From positions 1-64,000 of the forward strand of contig JAPEUD010000030.1 in NCBI GenBank assembly GCA_026026165.1: a DNA stretch of 64,000 bases, written 5' to 3'. The stretch is from Sarea resinae (Eukaryota). The position numbers and the translations under genes were made by a program. Shown here in pieces: positions 1 through 13,282 of the stretch. The notes under the pieces are model-generated. The model was not told the origin of the DNA. It worked only from the letters and a program-made list of their open reading frames with translations, and searched no databases. The first letter of the stretch is position 1. Every line of letters starts with the position of its first letter.

Positions 1-286
1 CACAAGAGAAAAAGGCCCCCCCCCCCCCCCCAAAAAAAACCTTCCCTGTAGTCTAGATCATGTTGTCCCAAACGCCCGGTAGTTGTAGAGTAATCCGTGG
101 AATGGATGGAGAAATTCCGTGCTATGCTACAATGATTGACTCCTTTTTTTGAACGCCGATGGGGAAGTGAGTAAGAAATTCCCTCCCCTTCCCCTTTTTT
201 CTTCATTGGTTTCCGTCCCTCTTTACTTTCGTTTCTCGTGAATCATCGGTAGTAAGCTTCGAGGCCGGCAAAGCCTCACGCTCCAT

Positions 287-2242
287 TCAGGGCGATTCTC
301 CCGATATGTGGACGTCGACGTCTTGTTTCACCAGGATGTGTCGGCCAGACGTGATGGCCGTGTTGCTGCTGTCTTCTTCGGCGTCCTCGAACTCCTCCCC
401 GTGCTTGTAGTGATTGTAATCGATGTGGTCAGCATCGTTGTGGTCTTTGTTGTGGTGAGCATTGTCGTTGTTATTGTTGTCGTCGTCGTCGCCACCAGGG
501 GTGCCTCTGGTGGTGCCATGGCTATAGCTCGAAAAAGGGCGAGAAAGGGAACGTGGACGCGATTGGCTCGAGCTAGGGTAGCGGTTGAGGCTGGGCTTCC
601 GATACGAAGAGCGTCGTGGTTGATCGTGCATCGCCACGGCCGTCGTGACCGTTCTCGCGCCCGAAGGATGGCCCAGCCCGAGCTCCAGATCATTGTCGCA
701 GTCGCATTCTGAGGCGCGCGATTCGATCTCCGACATGGACGCTCCAGCACCGCCGCTCGTGCCCATGCCGCCGCGCGCGGCCCCAGTCTGCCGGCTCGAA
801 CAACAGGGCGTACACTCCCTGCCGCCGCGAGGGCCATGTTTCGGTGTCAATTGTCTCTGGACCGACAAGAGGGGTTTCCCTGTCGAGGCCGAGGGTGCGA
901 ACGAGGTTTCTGAGCTCGATGTCTTCGAAGAGAAGAGGTTCGGGATCAGGGTTACGATCAGTGGTTTCAAGTGCGGTAGGGAGGCACAGATGAGGCCAGT
1001 GGTGTATTCTATGCAGGACCAGTCGGAGATGCGCACGCGGTTCCCTGTTTGAGTAGGATGTTGGTCAGGTGTGTATTGCCATTGGGACGGAGGAAAAGGG
1101 TGAGTGGTGAGAGAGAGAGGAGAGGGGAAAGGGGAAAGAGAAAAGAGAAAAGAGAAAAGAGGAAAGAGGAAAAGAGGAAAAGAGGAAAGAACACTTACAC
1201 GTCGCGTCAGGATTTTGGCGAAGGTTGTCGCTGACGGTAAACCAGACAGCTAGGCGGATTATGCTGGATACACAAGCACTACAGATAGAGAAATGAGGAA
1301 AGCCATTCCATGTCAATCAGAGGACATGAGTGACTCACAAGAGCCCAATACCAAACACCAACGCCAACGCAATCCTTTGTTTCCACGGCATGTTGAGTCG
1401 CAGCAGAATCGGCATAGGCAAAAGCAACACGACAAAATCGAGGATGATGTTGATGACAGAAACGAGCTTAAAGTAGAGATATTGGTCAAAGCATTTGCCA
1501 CCCTGGACGAGATGGCCCAGCCATGTCTTGCGCACGGGGCTGCATTGGAAGATTCCGGCGAATAGGGCGCCGAGGGCGAAGGCGGTGCAGAGCGCTATAG
1601 AGACATAGCAAGAGTAACGCAGCCAGAGCATTTTCGAGAAGAGCGAAAGGTAGAACAAAAGGATGGAGATTTTGATTAACTGAAGTGTCGGGAGGTAGAC
1701 CACTTGGGATGCGAAGGAGACCTTGGGATTTTGGATGTTAGCTTCATCTTACTTCCGTTGCCTTGGTAGGCGAGGTAGTAGATCAATCCGAATCGTACCT
1801 TTTGCGCGAAGGCGGGATTGACGTTTGGAGGGACGTCCCAGTAATGCAGTCCTGTGCCGCCTGCTATGCCTGAGCACTCCGTGACTGTGCCAACGATGGC
1901 GAGGAGCTATTGCTTGTTAGTAAAGAGTAATGTGGGCAGTGGCTGCGCGTATCAGATAACGGGACAGTAACAGAGGGGATCAAAATGGCGACGCGGGACT
2001 GTCGAAAAGCAGAAATATTGATGCTATTCGCATCATCTCAAACTAACCGTTGCGGCCATGATAACCCAATCATCGGCCCCGAATATTTTCCTATAATGTC
2101 TTCTGGTAAATACTCGAAGCCCTACTATGATGACCGCCACCGACGTGAATGTGATCTGGATGGCCAGAAACTCGGGCTGTCTCGTCGGAGGATTCTTGTA
2201 ATTGGGCGGAGGGTGAGTGTGGGCAGTAGTGGCAGACGCCAT
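287..2242 (-). CDS. PTH11-like (fungal rhodopsin-domain, no CFEM) 7-TM integral membrane protein, 5 exons
   Basis: Exons approx. 2242-2048, 1906-1799, 1721-1339, 1278-1197 and 1046-287 join in frame at GT-AG junctions. Family motifs present: LRVFTR, GADDW, GTGLHYWD, KISILLFY, FQCSP, DFVVLLLPMP, WSCIE...ICASLP. Long disordered C-terminal tail. Confidence 0.85.
1108..1191. repeat. Purine-only simple repeat, (AGAGGAAA/AGAGAAA)n, inside an intron of the PTH11-like gene
   Basis: Read directly; it forms a polypyrimidine tract on the sense strand. Confidence 0.85.
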
Positions 2243-3492
2243 CGTCTAGTCGTTTCTTCTCTAGATCAGGCAGAACAGAAACCACACGATTGATCGAGAC
2301 GCCAGCATCGTCAGAAAACCGGTTCTGGTATGATAAAGGAAGGAAAACAAGGACAAGTAAGAAAGACGATATGAAGGACAAAGAGAAGAATATATCAATT
2401 GATCCAATGGACTTGAGCATTGCCGGCCAAGCAGCAGCGCCAGAGGTAGTCGCGGCCCCTGCGCGGCCTGCCTGGGCTGGATTGAAAACAAAGTAGCTCA
2501 AACCGACGAAACCATGGCCATCTCGACCGGACCACGCCATGGCCGCCTCCTTCCGGCTCCTCGAGTCCCTGGGCCGCCATGGGAAAACCGCAGCAGGAGA
2601 GGGTGATGATGGTAGGTAGTGAGCTGCTTCATCAAGTATTAGTACCATTTGCCTCTGGCGGTCCGGACCGGGCAGCAGCGGCGCCATCTCGCTGCTTCGG
2701 TCATCTGGTGCCATCGGCACGAAGTCGAGACGAAAACGACGAGAAGATGCGTCTCAAGAAATCAAGAAAGTCGCGTCACCACCTCAGACAGAGGGCGACC
2801 GTCACGGTCATGTTGCAGTGGCTTCGATGCATTCGATGCAAGTAGATGGTGACAGATGCTGTACGACTGCGTCGAAGGTAGGGACGGGTGTCGGCTTGAC
2901 GTCTGAGACAGGCACACATTACCCTACGACCGACCGACACTTGGAGGGCTCGGAACATTCATCCAGCGATGCCCTCCTCGACCTTCCAATGCGAGCTTCC
3001 ATGTTGCCTCTCGCGGCCCGGCGCATCACTATCGCCAAAGCCACCTCCTCAGATGATCAATATCACGAGAATCTGTCATGATGGCGGAGACGGGGAGAAT
3101 TCACGTTACACCGACCGCTTCGGGGCGCAACCTAGAGACTAGGGTTGGCACTCTTTCCGTTTCGGGCACTTTTGACTTTTCCATCTCTCCCGTGTTTTTG
3201 CTGGGGTCTCCAGGCCATTACGTATACAATGCCTTTTCTTTGTTCTCTGATGCCCAATATCCGGATTTGATTCATCCCTTCGTTGCTTATAAGGGCGACA
3301 TGCTAGCGTTGTCCGACTCCACTGAACTTCTGCAATTTCTGCAATTTCCAAATACCAATCCCTTGGTATTTCATGCCTTCTTTGGGGTCTTTGTTTACCG
3401 TCTTTCATCGGTCGAGAACTTTCGCAGATCTCGACTATTGTCACCTTCCTTGACCGGCTCAAGCTTTGTGCTGCTCCGGTAGCCCTTTCCCG

Positions 3493-5347
3493 ATGGCTAC
3501 TCGGCCGATCGAGAAGATATGCCTTCTCATGAATCTGGTTGCAATGGCGTGTGCGTCGACCAATGCGTCAAGTCCACCGCAAGTAGACTTGGGATATGCA
3601 ATCCATGAAGCTTCAGTCATTCAGGTATGCTGCTGCCACCTGCTCGATTTCGAACTGATTGCTCACTTTCGATGAGACAAATACAACCTCCTTCTACAAC
3701 TTCTCGAACATCCGCTATGCAGCTCCGCCGCTCGGACAGTTGCGCTTTACTGCCCCTGCGCCACCCCTGGACAATCGCTCCGCAGGCATTCAGGATGGCT
3801 CTTACGGAAATATCTGTCCGCAGACTATGACCTTTTGGCAAGTTGGTCAGGCCGCTCTGGCTCCGCCCTCTAGTGTCGAGAGCGAGGACTGCCTTTTTCT
3901 AGACGTGTTTGTCCCTGCGTCTCTTTTCCCCTCAATGAAGCGTGGCATGCCTGCACCGGTCATGGTCTGGTTTCACGGCGGTGGATATGCTCTTGGAAGC
4001 AAAATTTCCAATGGAAGTCCCATCGGGTTACTACAGACGAGCTTTGAAGGTGGTGGAGAGGGGGCTATTTACGTAGCTATGAACTACCGGGTATGGCTGA
4101 AGTCCTTGGGTATCATCGGCTGTTATCTGTTGCTACGACGAACATGAAATCGCTGCATTGCTCGAAGCTTTTTTTTTTGGTCGATATTCTGAGCATCCCC
4201 AAACTACGCATGAACTGCGAGGCTGACACGATTGGCTAGTTGGCCGCATTTGGTTGGCTTGCAGGACCAACACTTCAGTCGAACGGTACTGCAAATGCTG
4301 GCTTCTATGATCAACGTCTGGCTCTTGAGTGGGTCCAGACACATATCCATCTCTTTGGAGGTGATCCTGGGCGCGTGACGGCTTTTGGGGAATCGGCTGG
4401 CGGTGGTTCTATACTGCACCAGATCACGGCATATGGAGGTGCTCAAGGGTCAAACAGTACCCCATTTCAGCAGGCTCTTATGCAGAGCCCGGCATTTATC
4501 CCAAGCCCAGGGCACTATACGCATGAGACAATCTTTCAGGCGTTCCTCAAGAACGCGAATGTCAGTACGCTCCAAGCAGCCAGACAATTGCCGTCTTCAA
4601 TCTTGCTTGCTGCCAACAAAGCTACCCAAGCGACGGCATTCTATGGAACCTTTAATTTTGGTGAGCATCAAATCTTCTCGAGCCTAGAGTGTTTACTGAT
4701 TTTAATAAGGGCCCTCTCCTGATGGAAGTTTTGTCCCCGACCTTCCTGGAAATTTGCTTCTTCAAGGAAGCTACGACCACCAGCTCGTAGTGCTGGCTGC
4801 TCATAATTCCAATGAAGGTAATAGATACACGGATCCGAAGGCGACGAACGACACCGCGTTCACGGAATACATGCAACTTTACTTCCCTCAAGCAAATCCT
4901 GCGGTCATCAGCTACCTCTCCGAAACACTATATCCGCCGATATACAATGGGTCCTTGCCCTATACGACCCCCTTCGGCCGCCTGGATCTCGCCATATCCG
5001 AGTTCACGTTCACCTGCAACACCAACTTCCTTGCTCGTGCTTTTAACAATCAGACGCATAATTATCTCTTCAGTATCCCCCCGGGAAATCATACAGAAGA
5101 CGTCCCCTACACATATTTTGATGGACCAAATGCTGCCGTTCTGAATGACACGGTCGCTACGACACTACAGAGCTATATCACGACCTTCGTGTCCACCGGA
5201 GACCCAAACCGGGCCGGATTGCCAACCTTTCCAATATACGGATCGCAGGCCACTGTTCTCAACCTCAATCAGACCTTCATTGATGAAATCACAGACCCCG
5301 TAGCCAATCCACGCTGTCTATGGTGGCAAAAGGCGCTTTACTTTTGA
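3493..5347 (+). CDS. Secreted type-B carboxylesterase/lipase (COesterase family), about 4 exons
   Basis: Hydrophobic N-terminus, then VDLGY, NIRYAAPP, SEDCLFLDV, WFHGGG, catalytic GESAGG, and C-terminal F..TGDPN. Introns near 3626-3675, 4091-4240 and 4661-4710. Confidence 0.9.
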
Positions 5348-6414
5348 ATTTTTCTGTATCAAGCAGCGAGTCGTTTCCATGCCGCAGGAATACATGATTT
5401 TGGTGGAGGTAATTTGGCGTACTCTCATTGGCCGCAGTACATACATATGGGATTCCGGAGCGCAATGAGGAAATTCCTCGGGTTGACAGCTAAAGTATAT
5501 GAGGATGATAGGCCAGCAATCGCCAGAGATAGGTTCAATCGAGTTGCGTAGCGTGCCCGGGATGATGCATTAGCACGAGGTCGAGATGTAAAAAGAGGCC
5601 GAGCGGGGAGGTCTTGTGTGACCTCGCTGCGATTCATGATGCATCGCAGCCCACCAGCGTGTTGGAGACGAGGGTGGATGGCCGTATGGATGAGTGGATC
5701 GATAAGTACTATGTAAGCTTCCCATCATTGAGGTATCTGCGGCCGTAAACAAGGCAGCCTCTGCCATTGGTAATTGACCATCAGGTCGTGTCTGGATCCG
5801 GCGAAAAGGGCGGCAGGAGGTGCGCCTCGTGAGGGATCCAGGAAACAAGGAAAACGAAGAGAATCGACGCCATTATCATTCGTGTACGTAGGAGAGCAAG
5901 TTGGGGTCCGATGATGCTTGACCACCCACACCCTCACATACCTTACTCACCTCCTCACTTACTCACGCAATGACTCCTATGGCTTCGCCCTCCCGACCAT
6001 TTCCCCGTCCTTACAGCTGACGTTGGATCGATTTTCTGATCGCACAGAGATGGAGATCTCTCTGGATCTATGATGTACAGATACCATTCACCGATGACTG
6101 ACTACCGCTGCGTGTAGAGATACCAGGTACCCGATCCCTACCTTAGGGCTAGAACTGGTCGCAGTACGCGAACAGAGGAGTCGCCTCACCGCCCGGGGTT
6201 TGGTTGCCCCGGCAATACCTTGCCCGAATTGGAAGTCCGTTTGACAGCCAATTCATTCCACGTACTCTTCATTCTCGACAATTGCGTGCGGTGCGACATT
6301 TCTGAGCAATACTGTCCAAATAATTCTGCATTCTCGACAAAGGATCAACATTCCTCGGCGGCTTGCACTTCGGCAACCTGGCTTGGAACATCTGCTGACA
6401 CCAGTACCGCCACC

Positions 6415-8730
6415 ATGGCCCGGCCACGGCGAGAGTCGGACCGTCCACATGGCGCAAAACGTGCGAGCGGTGCAGGTGGCGGTCACCGACCACCGCGGAG
6501 AGAACGAGAGACCAGAGAAGGCCGATCCCCCGCCACGACACCCAAAAGAGCGTCCAAGGCCAGTTCCAGCTCACCAAGCAAGACGAGCAGCCAGACTCTG
6601 TCTATGCAAACATTAGCCCAGCTAGACGCGCACAATGAAAAGCTGGCATTCAAGGAGAGGGAGAGACAACGAGCTCAGGAGAAAGCTGCCTTTGCGGCAG
6701 AGGAAAAATTACGGACGAAGGAGAGGGAGAGGTTGAGGGCACAGGAGAAACGGGCATTTATCGAGAACGAAAAGTTACGGACGAAAGAGAGATCTAGAGA
6801 GAGGATTGTCACGGGAAGAGTGGTCAAGCACAGAAGTGAGCAGAAACGAAAACGAAGGGTTGTCAGTGGGCCGATATTGGAGGAAGGCGGAGATGAGATG
6901 GCAAGGCGAGACGAGAGTAGAAAAGGACCGAAGCTTTGGTTTTGTAGGTTACACCAGATGGAATGCGTCATCGAAATAGCTAATGTGAACATCAGGGATC
7001 GTCCTCGGCGTTATCGCTCTCATATTAATTATCGTCATTCCAGTCGCGGTCGTGGTCGGGGGAAAGAAGCACAAGTCAAGTGGCACAGATCCATCGAGTC
7101 CAGCAAGTGCAGCAACGACGACGCCAGCAAATTCGAATCTAAATGGAGTCACAGTTCCTGTAAGTTGGAAACCATCTTCTCACGCCATCGGATATCTTAT
7201 AAATTATCTAGGCTTCTGCGAAGGGCACGTATCTTGATCCGTTTACCTGGTACGACACGACTGATTTCAATGTTACATACACGGCTGCGACTGTTGGTGG
7301 ACTCTCGGTCATGGGTTTGAATTCGACATGGGACGACACCACGAAAGCCCAATCTGGGACACCTCCGCTGAATCAGAAATGGACATACAGTACCTCCCAA
7401 CCTATACGTGGTGTCAATGTTGGAGGCTGGCTATCTATCGAGCCATTCATCACTCCCTCGCTCTTCAATTATGAATCAAACCTGAACATCGTTGACGAGT
7501 ATACGCTATGCGAGCATCTGGGGTCGGCACAAGCAGCAAAGACTCTGGAGCGACATTACGCCTCTTTTATAACAAAGCAGACATTTGCCGATATTCAGTC
7601 TGCGGGCTTCGACCACGTTCGCATCCCTTTCTCATACTGGGCCGTCACGACCTATCCTGGAGATCCGTATGTGGCACAAATATCTTGGAGATACCTCTTG
7701 CGTGGCATTGAATACGCGCGCCAGTACGGTCTGCGCGTCAACCTCGACCTACACGGCTTGCCCGGTAGCCAGAATGGATGGAATCACAGTGGGCGACAGG
7801 GCTATATAGGCTGGCTAAATGGCACAGACGGAGATCTCAACGCTCAGCGCTCCCTGGATATCCACAACCAGCTCTCCCAATTCTTTGCCCAGCCGCGCTA
7901 CAAGAATATCGTCACCATCTATGGCCTGGTAAACGAGCCCCGCATGACAGCTCTTCCAGTTGATAACGTACTCAATTGGACAACCTCCGCCATCGATATC
8001 GTACGCAAGAACGGTGTAGATGCTATTATCAGCTTCGGCGACGGCTTCATGGGGCTGCAGAATTGGAAGGGAAAGCTCCAGGGCATCGACAATTTGGTCC
8101 TCGATGTGCATCAATATGTCATCTTCAACGTCGACCAGATCGCATTTGACCACCAGGACAAGGTCAAGTTCGCCTGTTCAGGATGGACAGGTCAGATGAA
8201 ACAGAGCATGAATACTGCGACTGGGTTAGTGAGCCATTGTAGTCGTTTTTCTGTTATATCTCTGGCAATGCTAACGATGAACGCTTCTGAACAGATTTGG
8301 CCCCACTATATGCGGTGAATGGTCCCAAGCTGACACAGACTGCGCAACAAATCTCAACAACGTCAACGTGGGCTCACGCTGGGCAGGAACAATGAATCTC
8401 CAACCCCCGTCAACCGGTGGCTCTGTCCTGACCCCCTCCTGCCCGGCTAACTCGGGGACATGCGAATGCAGCGATGCCAATGCCGATCCCTCGAAATACA
8501 GCACCATCTACAAACAATGGCTGCAGATGTTCGCGGAGGCGCAGATGGCGAGCTACGAGACGGGCTGGGGCTGGTTCTACTGGACCTGGATTACAGAAGA
8601 GAGCGTGCAATGGAGTTGGAAGTTGGGGTTGGCGGCCGGTATTCTGCCGCAGAAGGCGTATGCGCCTGAGTTCAATTGTACGACCGACGTGCCGGATTAT
8701 GGGAGTAAAGGGTTACCTGAAAATTACTGA
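6415..8730 (+). CDS. GH5 glucan 1,3-beta-glucosidase, type-II membrane anchored (ExgD/Exg2-like)
   Basis: Charged cytosolic N-terminus with RRVVSG..LEEG, TM exon (IVLGVIALILIIVIPVAVVV), RGVNVGGWLSIEPFITPSLF, DHVRIP, GSQNGWNHSG, acid/base VNEP, nucleophile CGEWS, GWFYWTW. Four introns. Confidence 0.92.
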
Positions 8731-9651
8731 CGGACGCGACGGGAAAATGTCGGTGCGATGGATCTATCGTTGGTATGGATTTGGCTCACGTGCATTTGAT
8801 TTGGGGGTTCCCCGTATTCTTTTCTGGGAGAGATGTTTTGATATGTCTGGAGCGGCTTCGGATGGGATGAGCGGCCGACCGCCTGTGCATTGCGCGTCGC
8901 GTGTCGTGGGCTGACGGGTGTTTTTGGTTCTCTTTTACATGACGTTCTTGCTGTCGTTGTTCTATATCCCCTCTGGCTGGTTTGCATATCGCATTTCCCT
9001 GTTGTTTCAATCAGGCATAGCACAGGCGTTTTCTTCTTTTTTTACCTCATTGACAATCGCACGAGCATGAACATGGGCATGAACATGAGCATGAAAATGA
9101 AAACGAAGATACAATCTATCAGACATCTCGATTGCTTCCTCCTCTTTCTTCATGCGATCGATACAAGCGCCTATCTCGAAGCTACTCGGAGGATGACTAT
9201 GGAACCACATCGAAATCACGTCTCTTCCACCGCTAGAGGTATGTTGTTGATTGCATTGCGAGTTGATTGATGATGGACGAGCGTGGAAGAGAGAGGCGAG
9301 TCGGTTTACCCCTCCGACCCCTGGACGAGGTACTTTGTACTGGACCCTTGTTCGGCTCCTTCCCGACCAAGTAATTTCTACAATCCGCCTACCAAAGGAG
9401 CACCTGCTGCCGCTGCATCACAACAACACGGCAGACTGTAGATATTGCGCTTGCTTGCCCGTCTGGCTCTTTCAGCACACGCCGTCGCCCTCTTCTCCAT
9501 CTCTCTTCTCTCTCTCTCTCTCTTCTCGATCTCCCTTCCATCACCTCCAGTCCTGACCCATCATCACTATCCATCCATCGCTCATCACCCATTCTCCTTT
9601 GCAGGCATCGCTCTCCGTCACTTCTGCAATTGCGAGGCCTAGTTCGTCAAG

Positions 9652-12600
9652 ATGACCGACACAGAATCCAATACCCCGGCTTCGCCCCCCACGAAGGCCG
9701 CTGTGGACAGTCAAGCTTCAGACGCGACTGTTCTATCGCCAAAGTCCGGCCATGCTTCCGATACTTCTACCGCGGCCAAGAGGACATCCACTGTGAGAAA
9801 GAGCATCTCTTCACAAAAGGCCGACCCGAAGTCTGGCCATAATTCCGATGCGTCGTCCGCGCCAGCCAAGAGGACGTCCACAGTCAGAGAGAGCCTCGCA
9901 TCAGGCAAACGCTCGGTGGCTTCTACTACTAGACCTTCGGCAGTCACGGCAAAGCCAAAGTCAACACTGACCTCTACCTCCAAACCACCACTCACTTCTA
10001 AACCTTCCACCACCTCTAAACCTCCCACAACCTCCAAGACGCCAGCGCCAGCGAAACCCTCTATCGCCCCCAAAGCACCAACTACATCGACGAAGCCGCA
10101 AACTACGGCGACTAAAGCTCCAGCCACGTCGGCCAGACGCTCGGTAGGAGCAGCGTCGTCTTTCTCGAAGCCAACTTCGTCATCAGCTTCGCGGCTAACG
10201 TCACACCCAGCGACAAGCACATCCAAAACGCCTCAAGCCTCATCCGAGGAATTAAAGGCTTTGAAGGAAGAGCTTACATCGCTAAGGGCTACAAGTAGTA
10301 ACGCGTCGGAGGAGCTAGACGGGTTGAAGAAAGTGAACAGTGATCAGGTGGCTGAAGTGAGTATTATTTCTCTTTTTCCGGATTTATTGCTCCATTTCCG
10401 AGCTCCGATGACTGACATTCATTCGAAGCTCTCTGCCTCATCTGAGGAGCTGGAGGCTCTGAGGGAAGAAATCAAAGCCCTAAAGGCCACAGGAAATGTT
10501 AGCTCTGAAGAGTTAGACACGCTGAAGAAAGCCAACACTGACCAGGCCGCCGAGGTAAGTACTATTATCCTATCCTTGGGTTTCGACTACTTACCTCCGC
10601 CTGAAGATCTCTGCCTCATCGAAGGAGCTGGAAACTTTGAGGAGTACCATCGACTCTCTAAGAGCCAAAGGTAGTGATACTTCGGAGGAAGTCGACGCTT
10701 TGACAAAGGTCAAAAATGACCAGATCGCTACCGTAAGTTGTATCTTTTTCTCCTCGAATTCCGAATCCTGACATCAATGTGAAGATATCTGCGTTGACGA
10801 GAGAGCTCGAAGCCGCTAAGGTCAAAATCGAGGATCAAGCAGAAGATATTGCAGGCTTGACCAAGGATTCCGATCACAAAGCCAACCTCGGTCTCATTGT
10901 CCTTGATCTTCAGAAGGAGCTAGAGGCCGCCTCAATCGCAGCAGACAAGGAAGCTGAAACGGCCCAACAAGCGCATGAGCTGGAAAAAGAGGACCTGAAG
11001 TTCGAATTGAGAGACATGTCCCGAGTGGTAGAGAAATTGCAAGGCGAGCTACAGAAACTCTACGAAGAGAACGACCGTTCCCTGGAGGCCAACATCGAGA
11101 AGCTCGGCTCCCGGCACAACAGGTCTATCAAGGTCCTACGGGAATGCCACGAGCGTTTGTATGATGTACTCGGAGAAGGAAATTCTGAACAGATGGACTT
11201 GACGCGCGAGGAGCACCGGCAGACTATCGAGGAGTTACAGTCCGACTTTGACTCCAAGTTGTTGGAGGCACTGCAAAGCAAGAAGGAGGTGGAGGGGACG
11301 GTGCTCAAGCTGGAGGCCGCAGGAATTGCAGCGTACAAATCTGAGCACGATCAAGTGGAGAGACAAAGAATATGTTTTGAGAAGACTCTCACTTCTTTGA
11401 AGGCAGAGCAAGCAGAAGCAATTCGCCTGTCGGAGCTTGAATGCAAGGCTGCGCATGAGTCCAAGGACAATTGCCAGAAAGAGCTAGACGAGTTCAAGGT
11501 CGAGTACACGGCAGCAAACAAATCCAAGCAAGACGAGTTGGATACATGGAGGTCTCAGTGCGAGACCGCGAATGAAGAGTTAGACGCGCTGAAGTCTAAA
11601 TATACGGCCGCAAATAAGTCTAAGCAGGACGAGCTGGATGCATTGCAAGGCAAGTACACGGCGGCGACTGAAGAGTTGAATACTCTCAAGACCGAGTACA
11701 CAACAAAGAATAAATCTAAGCAGGACGAATTGGAGGCATTGAGATCTGAATGCACGGCGGCGCAGAAAGAGTTGGAAACTCTAAAGATCGAGTATACAGC
11801 GGGAGGTGACTCAAAGCAGCACGAATTGGATGCCTTAAAGGCTGAGTGTGCCACGGCACAAGAGGCCAAGGACCGCTGTCAGAGTGAGTTAGATGCTCTA
11901 AAGATCGAGTATACAACCAAGGACAAATCGAAGGGAGACGAGCTGGACGCGCTAAACTCTCGATACCTGGCGGCACAGAAAGAATTAGATACCCTGAAGG
12001 ACGAGTCTACGGCAAGAGAAAAATCGAAGCAAAACGAGGTGGACAAGTTAAAGGCCGAGTGCGCGGCGGCAGAGGAGGCTAAGGTCCGTTATCAAAAAGA
12101 TCTAGATACTCTGAAGGCCGAGTATACGACTGGGGATGACTCAAAGAAGCACGAGTTGGACGCACTGAAGGCCGAGTGCCTGGCAGCACAGGAGGCCAAA
12201 GACCGCTGTCAAAAGGATCTGGACACTCTGAAGACTGAACATACCACAAGAGACGACTCAAAGCAGCAAGAAGTCGATGCCCTGAAGGCCAAGTTGGACG
12301 CACTGAAGACCGAGTTGGATGCACTGAAGGCCGAGTGTGCGACAGCAAATGAAGCTAAAGATCGCTGTCAAAAGGATCTAGACACCCTAAAGACCAAACA
12401 GATGACAGGCGACAACTCAAAACAGCGCGAGCTGGATGCATTGAAGGCCGAGTTGAACGCACTCAAGACCGAGTGTATGACAGCACAGGAGGCTAAAGAT
12501 CGTTGCCAGAGCCAGCTGGATACTCTAAAAGTAGAGTATACGACCGGCAATAAGTCAAGACAGGACGAATTTGACGCATTAAAAGCCAAGTGTGCGGCGG

Positions 12601-13282
12601 CTCAGGAAGCTAAAGATCGCTGTCAGAACCAGCTGGATGCTTTGAAAGGAGAGTATGCAACTGGAAACAAGTCGAAACAGGCCGAATCCGACGCGCTCAG
12701 AGCCGAGTATGCGGCAGCCCAGGACGAATTCGAGAACGAGCTGAAAGCGTTGAAGGGGAAGCTTGAAGAGAAGGAGGCGAGTTACAAGAAGGGTTTAGAG
12801 TCTCTGCAAGCCGAAAAGAACGCAGCCATCGAGTCGGCCGAGCAGAACAAGCTCTTGTTGGACAGTCTCAAGAAGGAGCTGGAAAGCGAGCAGACGACGC
12901 GCGAGCTCACCAGCGAACAGGCCACAGGTGAGGTACAAAATTCTCCTATCGAGGGAATTGTCAGGCTTCCCTTTCATTCTGCTTCTTGACAATTTTTCTC
13001 GTGTGTGTCCCTGAGTGATTGATGCTCCTTTGATGTGCTCATGTTCTTGAGAGCGTTGATGAGAGCGGTGACTGACGTTTTGCTCTTACAGATGGCGGAA
13101 ATTGATACTCGGGTGAAAGCGCTGGAGCAACTCAACGAGGACCTGTTGGAGGAATCCGTACGGTCAGTCAAGTGCTATTTCTCGTCCTATGGTCTCTCTG
13201 CTTGATCGTTTAAAGACTGGAAAAAAAGCTGACTTGGACCTTCTCCTCTAGAATGACGGGCTTGCTCTCGAGTGTCGAGTAA
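9652..13282 (+). CDS. Uncharacterised long coiled-coil protein: S/T/K/P-rich basic N-terminus plus internal tandem repeats, 6 exons
   Basis: Exons 9652-10356, 10429-10554, 10607-10732, 10785-~12933, ~13092-13162 and 13252-13282 (ending ...MTGLLSSVE*). Heptad-rich E/K/L/A composition; I recognise no family. The last two exons are less certain. Confidence 0.75.
11500..12730 (+). repeat. Coding tandem repeat array, about 10.5 units of 32/39/46/53 aa (SKQxELDALKAEC..AQEAKDRCQxxLDTLKxEYTTGxx)
   Basis: Units aligned by eye in the translation of ORF 10779..12989. Confidence 0.9.
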
